Positions 59,260 to 64,000 of a stretch of DNA of 64,000 bases are shown in pieces (the stretch's first letter is position 1; each line of letters opens with the position of its first letter). The DNA comes from an uncultured Desulfurococcales archaeon (GTDB lineage Archaea; Thermoproteota; Thermoprotei_A; Sulfolobales; CAZFJX01). The position numbers and the translations under genes were made by a program. The notes under the pieces were generated by a model. That model did no database searches, was not told where the DNA came from, and saw nothing but the letters and a program-made list of their open reading frames with translations. The stretch spans positions 66,877-130,876 of the forward strand of contig CAZFJX010000003.1 in NCBI GenBank assembly GCA_964519505.1, written 5' to 3'.

Positions 59260-60075
59260 TTATTTGATGACTCTATATTCCTTACCTCCATATAGGTAGG
59301 CATAACCAGCCCTAACCATCTCCTCAAGAAGCATTCTTTCCTTGCTACTTAACTTACCTAGCTCGCTAATATTGAGTGGGAACTTGCTTACGAAGTTATC
59401 GAAGAATTCGGCATCGACTACTAACGAAGATATTACTACGACCTTACCTGAGTTAACATAGTAATCTATGGGTTTATCAAGAAGTTTTAATGCGTCATTA
59501 ACGCTCATAACGCCTTCCTCCTTAATCTTAAGTATGAACTTATCAAGTACTTCACCACCCCCCTCCTTCCTCACTACCTCCTTCCTCTTAACGGACCCCA
59601 TAAGCTTCTTTAGCGAATTAACATCGTACTTTAAAGCCCTTACAGAACTCTCTAATTCGTTTAATGACTTCCTTAATTTACTAATGACTCCCTCAAAGGC
59701 GCTAACGGCCTCCCGAACCTCTTTAACCTGATTCTTTAAGTCATTAAGCTCTTTAGCTAAGTTACTGACCATGCTTTTTAAGTTATTGACTTCCTCGATA
59801 TATTCATGGGGTACGGGGGTGATTACCTTACCAGTACTAACTTTACTCTCTTCGAAAACCTCTTCAGTTCCTACATCATACTTGGTTGGTGTGACCCTAG
59901 CATAGTAACCTTTATCGCCTCTAACAACTATTCCTTCCTCTCTTAACCTCATTAGTACTGCCCTAACCAAGTTTAGACTAACACCTAGCGCATCAGCTAT
60001 TTCCCTAGGTGTGGCACCGGGTCTAGCCCTTAGAAACTTGATTACCCTCCTCCTTAGGCTTTCCTTTGATGACAC
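59260..60075 (-). CDS. wHTH plus coiled-coil protein
   Basis: N-terminal HTH (TPREIADALGVS), central heptad repeat, C-terminal wH-like region. Confidence 0.7.
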   Translation of the reverse strand: MSSKESLRRRVIKFLRARPGATPREIADALGVSLNLVRAVLMRLREEGIVVRGDKGYYARVTPTKYDVGTEEVFEESKVSTGKVITPVPHEYIEEVNNLKSMVSNLAKELNDLKNQVKEVREAVSAFEGVISKLRKSLNELESSVRALKYDVNSLKKLMGSVKRKEVVRKEGGGEVLDKFILKIKEEGVMSVNDALKLLDKPIDYYVNSGKVVVISSLVVDAEFFDNFVSKFPLNISELGKLSSKERMLLEEMVRAGYAYLYGGKEYRVIK

Positions 60076-60131
60076 ACTTCATCAATAAATATTAAGTTTC
60101 TAGGGATATAAAGCTTGATAATGGTGATTGG

Positions 60132-60488
60132 GTGAGCATGTATCCTGAACGTGAGAGGTTAAGGAGGGAGATCGAGATTAATATTGAGGAGAACGTGAAT
60201 AATTGGGTTAAGGTAGCGTTCTATTCAGACCCTGATGTAGCCTCGATAACTGATAAGCTATATAGGAGGTGGGAAGAAAGTGGAAGGGAGGGTTCACCTT
60301 TAGATTACGCAACACTTGATGAGCTTAGGGTGTTAGCGGCTAAATCCAGGGTCTATAGGGATGTTAACCCATCACTAGTCCTTAGAGCTTTCATGAAGGG
60401 TGAGGGTGTTCAAGAGGAGAGTGAGAAGGGTAGGACCTCAATAATTAAGACAATACTTAGGTACTTATTTGGTGGCTTAGTTAGGTAG
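60132..60488 (+). CDS. Hypothetical protein
   Basis: GGTGA RBS; LYRRWE..GREG.PLDYAT..EL. Confidence 0.65.
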   Translation: MSMYPERERLRREIEINIEENVNNWVKVAFYSDPDVASITDKLYRRWEESGREGSPLDYATLDELRVLAAKSRVYRDVNPSLVLRAFMKGEGVQEESEKGRTSIIKTILRYLFGGLVR

Positions 60489-61866
60489 TTACTTTCTCCT
60501 TCTTAACCGGGTGTATGGCGTCTTTAGGTGCCTTACTAAATGGCTCTAGGTACTTCCTAAGTACTTTAGGTATTATAACGACACCCTCTGGTGTTTGGTA
60601 ATTTTCTAGTATTGCTGTTATCGTTCTTGTACTCGCTATGGCCGTTGAGTTGAGTGTATGTACGTAGTCCTTAACCATGCCCTTCCTCCTTAAGAACCTT
60701 ATCTTTAACCTATATGACTGCCAATCAGTTACGTTACTACAGCTAGCCATCTCCCTAAACTTACCTTGAGCAGGCATCCAAACCTCGATATCGTAGGTCT
60801 TAGCTGAGGGTGCTGCTAAGTCGCCTGAAGCAAGAACTACGACCCTAAATGGTAGCTCAAGACCCTTGAATAACTCCTCAGCATTCTTTATCAGTACTTC
60901 AAGAACATCCCAACTCTGCTTGGGTAATGCATAAGCGAATTGCTCTACCTTATGGAATTGATGAACCCTAAAGATACCTTTCAGATCCCTACTACCAGCA
61001 CCTGCCTCCTTCCTAAAGCATGGGCTAATACCAACGTAGAATAGCGGTAGCTCCTCCTCAGGTATTATGTCACCAGCGTGTAGTGCTGCAAGAGAGTGTT
61101 CTGCTGTGGCTATTAGGTATAGGTCCTCACCCTCAATCTTATATATGGCGTCCTTAAATGCCTCAAGATCTATGACCCCCATCATTATCTTATGCCTTAG
61201 CATGTATGGGGGTATGACTAGCTTAAAGCCTTTACTCGTTAAGTAATCAATAGCGTATAGTAGGAGGGCTATATCTAGCCAGACTATATCGTCAAAGAGG
61301 TAGTAGAACCTTGACCCAGCCACCTGAGCGGCTTTAAACGTATCCCCAAGCCTTAATACATTCTCAAGCATATCGGCGTGACCTACGGGTCTCCAATCAA
61401 TGACCTCATAATCCATCCTCACGCCCTTACCTTCAGTCTCGCTTAGGAAGCTATCTAAGAACTCCTTAAACACCTTAGCCTTGCCGTAAGCCCTTATTGG
61501 CTTATTATAAGTCTCGTCAGGGCCTATGGGTACGCTCTCATGAACTAGGTTAGGCAGTGATAGTAGCGCCTCTTCCCTCCTCCTCTCAACCTCCTTAAGC
61601 ATAGCTTCATACTCAGCTATGGTCTTAAGAAGTTCCTTAGCCTCACGTATCTTTAACTCCCTATCCCTACCCTTAAGCTTAGGTATTTCCTTAGTGATCA
61701 CGTTATGTTTATGCCTTAACTCATTAACGTAGGTAAGTAACTTCCTCCACTCCTTATCAAGCTCTAAAGCCTTATCAGCTAGTGAAGGGTCTAAGAACCT
61801 CTTCTTTAAGTTCTCCCTAAGAATCTCTGGATTCTTCCTTAACGCCTCAAGTAAGCTCCACGGCAT
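60481..61866 (-). CDS. serS: Seryl-tRNA synthetase
   Basis: [37 protein letters not shown]. Confidence 0.96.
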   Translation of the reverse strand: MPWSLLEALRKNPEILRENLKKRFLDPSLADKALELDKEWRKLLTYVNELRHKHNVITKEIPKLKGRDRELKIREAKELLKTIAEYEAMLKEVERRREEALLSLPNLVHESVPIGPDETYNKPIRAYGKAKVFKEFLDSFLSETEGKGVRMDYEVIDWRPVGHADMLENVLRLGDTFKAAQVAGSRFYYLFDDIVWLDIALLLYAIDYLTSKGFKLVIPPYMLRHKIMMGVIDLEAFKDAIYKIEGEDLYLIATAEHSLAALHAGDIIPEEELPLFYVGISPCFRKEAGAGSRDLKGIFRVHQFHKVEQFAYALPKQSWDVLEVLIKNAEELFKGLELPFRVVVLASGDLAAPSAKTYDIEVWMPAQGKFREMASCSNVTDWQSYRLKIRFLRRKGMVKDYVHTLNSTAIASTRTITAILENYQTPEGVVIIPKVLRKYLEPFSKAPKDAIHPVKKEKVTT

Positions 61867-61910
61867 GGAATTGCACCTAACCTAGTTGATTATGTGTGTA
61901 GGGATAAAAA

Positions 61911-61959
61911 TCAGTTAGTGATCCCCTGATCATTAATCACTTAGGATACCATTCATCAT
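61911..61959 (-). ncRNA. C/D-box sRNA
   Basis: C ATGATGA, guide ATGGTATCCTAA, D' GTGA, C' ATGATCA, guide GGGGATCACTAA, D CTGA. Confidence 0.75.
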
Positions 61960-61978
61960 CTAGTAGTACAGTACCTAA

Positions 61979-62350
61979 CTACCTCTCCCCGCCAGTCCTT
62001 TTAATCCATGCCTCAACAATATCGTAACCGAAAATCTCCTTAAAAGCCCTCCTACCTTCGGGCGTCATCCGTAGAGGTGACCAGGGTGGGTCAAATACTA
62101 ACTTAACATTAACGTCCTTAACACCAGGCACGCTCCTCACAGCCTCAGCAACCATACCAACAAGTATGTGAGCTATGGGGCATCCGGGAGCTGTTAACGT
62201 CATATCTATATTAACCACACCCTCATCATCAATATCTATCTTATATATGAGCCCTAAGTCATAGATATTTATAGGTATTTCAGGATCGAAAACTGTTTTC
62301 AACACCTCGATGATTTTCTTCTTTAAATCCTCTTTATCTACAGCACTCAT
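61979..62350 (-). CDS. DUF59/SufT Fe-S cluster assembly protein
   Basis: VFDPEIPINIYDLGLIY, TLTAPGCP, VFDPPW. Confidence 0.92.
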   Translation of the reverse strand: MSAVDKEDLKKKIIEVLKTVFDPEIPINIYDLGLIYKIDIDDEGVVNIDMTLTAPGCPIAHILVGMVAEAVRSVPGVKDVNVKLVFDPPWSPLRMTPEGRRAFKEIFGYDIVEAWIKRTGGER

Positions 62351-62478
62351 TACCCTAACCTCCTAGAAATGTACGTTAAGGGATTAAAAAGAATTCCCTT
62401 AACAGTACTGAGAGGCTACTAGACCATCAGCCCCCCTACCTCTTTAATATATCTACACAGCGTTTATAGGGTAAGGCA

Positions 62479-63282
62479 TTAAAGGATTTGAGCACCTAGC
62501 CTCACTAACTCCTCCTTTAACTCCTTAACAACTTTATTAAGTAGTTCCTTACCCTTAACCTCATCATCTGAAGAGACCATTACATACATTTCTAGTAGTG
62601 GTGCCTTAACTTCATGCCCTTTAGGGTGGCTCTTGATGTATATGTTTACGTACCTCTTCATCACCTTAGATATCGCTACAGCAGCACTTGATTCAGGAAC
62701 TCCCTTAACTGTGAATGAAGCCTCTAGTAAGTACCTACGCGGCCCCCTCCTTCTCAACTCAGGCTCGACATACTTCTCAAACATCTCGACCATCTCCTTA
62801 GGTACGCCAGGGAGGGCAACTATTAATGTCCCATCAACCTCGTACATAATTCCGGGAGCGGTTCCTACTGGGTTCGGTATTGGTTTAGCTCCTTCAGGCA
62901 TTTTAGCCATCTTAACCCTTTCTGGTGTTAGCTCCATACCACCCTCAGCATACTTCTCCTTAACCATCCTTAATGCCTCCTCATTAATAGTCCACTCAAC
63001 CCCAAGTACTGATGCTAGAACCCCACTCGTTCTATCGTCGTACGTAGGTCCTAAACCACCTGTAGTTATTATGAAGGCTGGCTTACTCTCTATGGCTAGC
63101 TTAAGGAAGTAACTCATTAGTTCTGGGTCGTCAGGTACTGAGATAACGCTAATTACGTCGTAGCCAAGCATAGTTAACTTCCTACCTAGGTATGCTGCGT
63201 TAGTATTCACCACCCTACCCTGAACTACTTCATTACCTATGGCGAAAATCCACGCATCATACTTACCCTTCCTAATACCCAT
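62479..63282 (-). CDS. CinA-like (MoCF-domain) protein
   Basis: IGNEVVQGRVVNTN, TTGGLGPTYDD, NPVGTAPG, LPGVPKEM. Confidence 0.88.
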   Translation of the reverse strand: MGIRKGKYDAWIFAIGNEVVQGRVVNTNAAYLGRKLTMLGYDVISVISVPDDPELMSYFLKLAIESKPAFIITTGGLGPTYDDRTSGVLASVLGVEWTINEEALRMVKEKYAEGGMELTPERVKMAKMPEGAKPIPNPVGTAPGIMYEVDGTLIVALPGVPKEMVEMFEKYVEPELRRRGPRRYLLEASFTVKGVPESSAAVAISKVMKRYVNIYIKSHPKGHEVKAPLLEMYVMVSSDDEVKGKELLNKVVKELKEELVRLGAQIL

Positions 63283-63344
63283 ACCTAATCACCGAAGAAA
63301 GTTAAGGCTTAGTAAGTAAAAATATGTGTTGATGCATTAAGGGG

Positions 63345-64000
63345 TTACTTACTTAACATTGGTATCTTAATTATTGATGGTAACTTATCTAGATCTACCT
63401 TGAACGTGTATTGAACCTCAGTGAATTGCTTCCTAAACTCAATTACCTTCCTCTTAACCTGCTCTGGATCCTTACCATCTATGAGTACTTCACGCATGAA
63501 CCTAGCTATCTCCTTGAAGTCACTCTCCTTCATGCCGAACCTAGTCATTTCTTGAGTACCTAACCTAAGGCCGCTTGGGTCTTTAATAGCTTCTGGCGGG
63601 TCCCATGGTAGTAGGTTCTTATTGACTATTATGTTAGCTCTCTCAAGTAGGGTGGCGCACTTAGCGCCACCGCCTAGGGGTCTTACATCAACGACTATGG
63701 TGTGTGACTTCGTGTAGCCTAAGTTCTCGGCAAGTACTTTGAACCCCTCAGCAGCTAGGGCCTCGGCAAACGCCTTTGAGTTCCTAATTATTTGCTCAGC
63801 ATATGCCTCACCGAAGTGCATCATCTCTATAGCTGTTATTGCCATGGCCGGTAGTCTATGTAGGTGGTGGTTACTTACGAACCATGGGAATATATACTTA
63901 GCTATTAACTTATACATCTTCTGGTCATTAGTATAGAGTACACCACCCTGAGGTCCTGGGAATGTTTTGTGTGTTGATGATGTAACTATGTCAGCGCCTT
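63345..64000 (-). CDS. glyA: Serine hydroxymethyltransferase, 5' part outside the window
   Basis: [14 protein letters not shown] at about 63945-63985, [19 protein letters not shown]. Confidence 0.93.
   Translation of the reverse strand, partial: GADIVTSSTHKTFPGPQGGVLYTNDQKMYKLIAKYIFPWFVSNHHLHRLPAMAITAIEMMHFGEAYAEQIIRNSKAFAEALAAEGFKVLAENLGYTKSHTIVVDVRPLGGGAKCATLLERANIIVNKNLLPWDPPEAIKDPSGLRLGTQEMTRFGMKESDFKEIARFMREVLIDGKDPEQVKRKVIEFRKQFTEVQYTFKVDLDKLPSIIKIPMLSK

Noticed and set aside
62410-62440. GGGGGGCTGATGGTCTAGTAGCCTCTC (minus): tRNA 5'-fragment or fluoride-riboswitch-like hairpin
   Set aside because: No D-stem partner, anticodon arm or crcB P1/pseudoknot; only a short hairpin.

Overview
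An AT-rich, gene-dense chromosomal segment from a (hyper)thermophilic crenarchaeon (Thermoproteota, Desulfurococcales-like). The assignment rests on GGTG-type RBSs, TTTA(A/T)A promoters, FBP aldolase/phosphatase, DUF2258, L13e and the Aeropyrum-type mevalonate genes. Most of the window is housekeeping: tRNA modification, lipid synthesis, nucleotide and C1 metabolism, thermosome, ABCE1, SerRS. The ORF track missed two tRNAs (Leu-CAG with a BHB intron, Arg-GCG), two C/D-box sRNAs, a K-turn H/ACA-like RNA, an ATT-initiated Hjc, a PII pseudogene, a TnpB remnant and a 27-aa Glu/Trp micropeptide. A variable region follows tRNA-Arg (36.8-47.5 kb). The strongest novelty candidate is a promoter-bearing GC-rich small RNA (about 17961-18048, minus strand) with 15 nt perfectly complementary to the ribosome-binding site of the adjacent SAM decarboxylase gene; it is also antisense to the MTHFR 3' end. 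Other leads are a Tat-exported aldehyde oxidoreductase module, the E/W micropeptide upstream of ABCE1, a Qng1-like Cys-rich glycosylase and an R15Pi/eIF2B-like gene pair. All family assignments come from motif recognition, not database searches.
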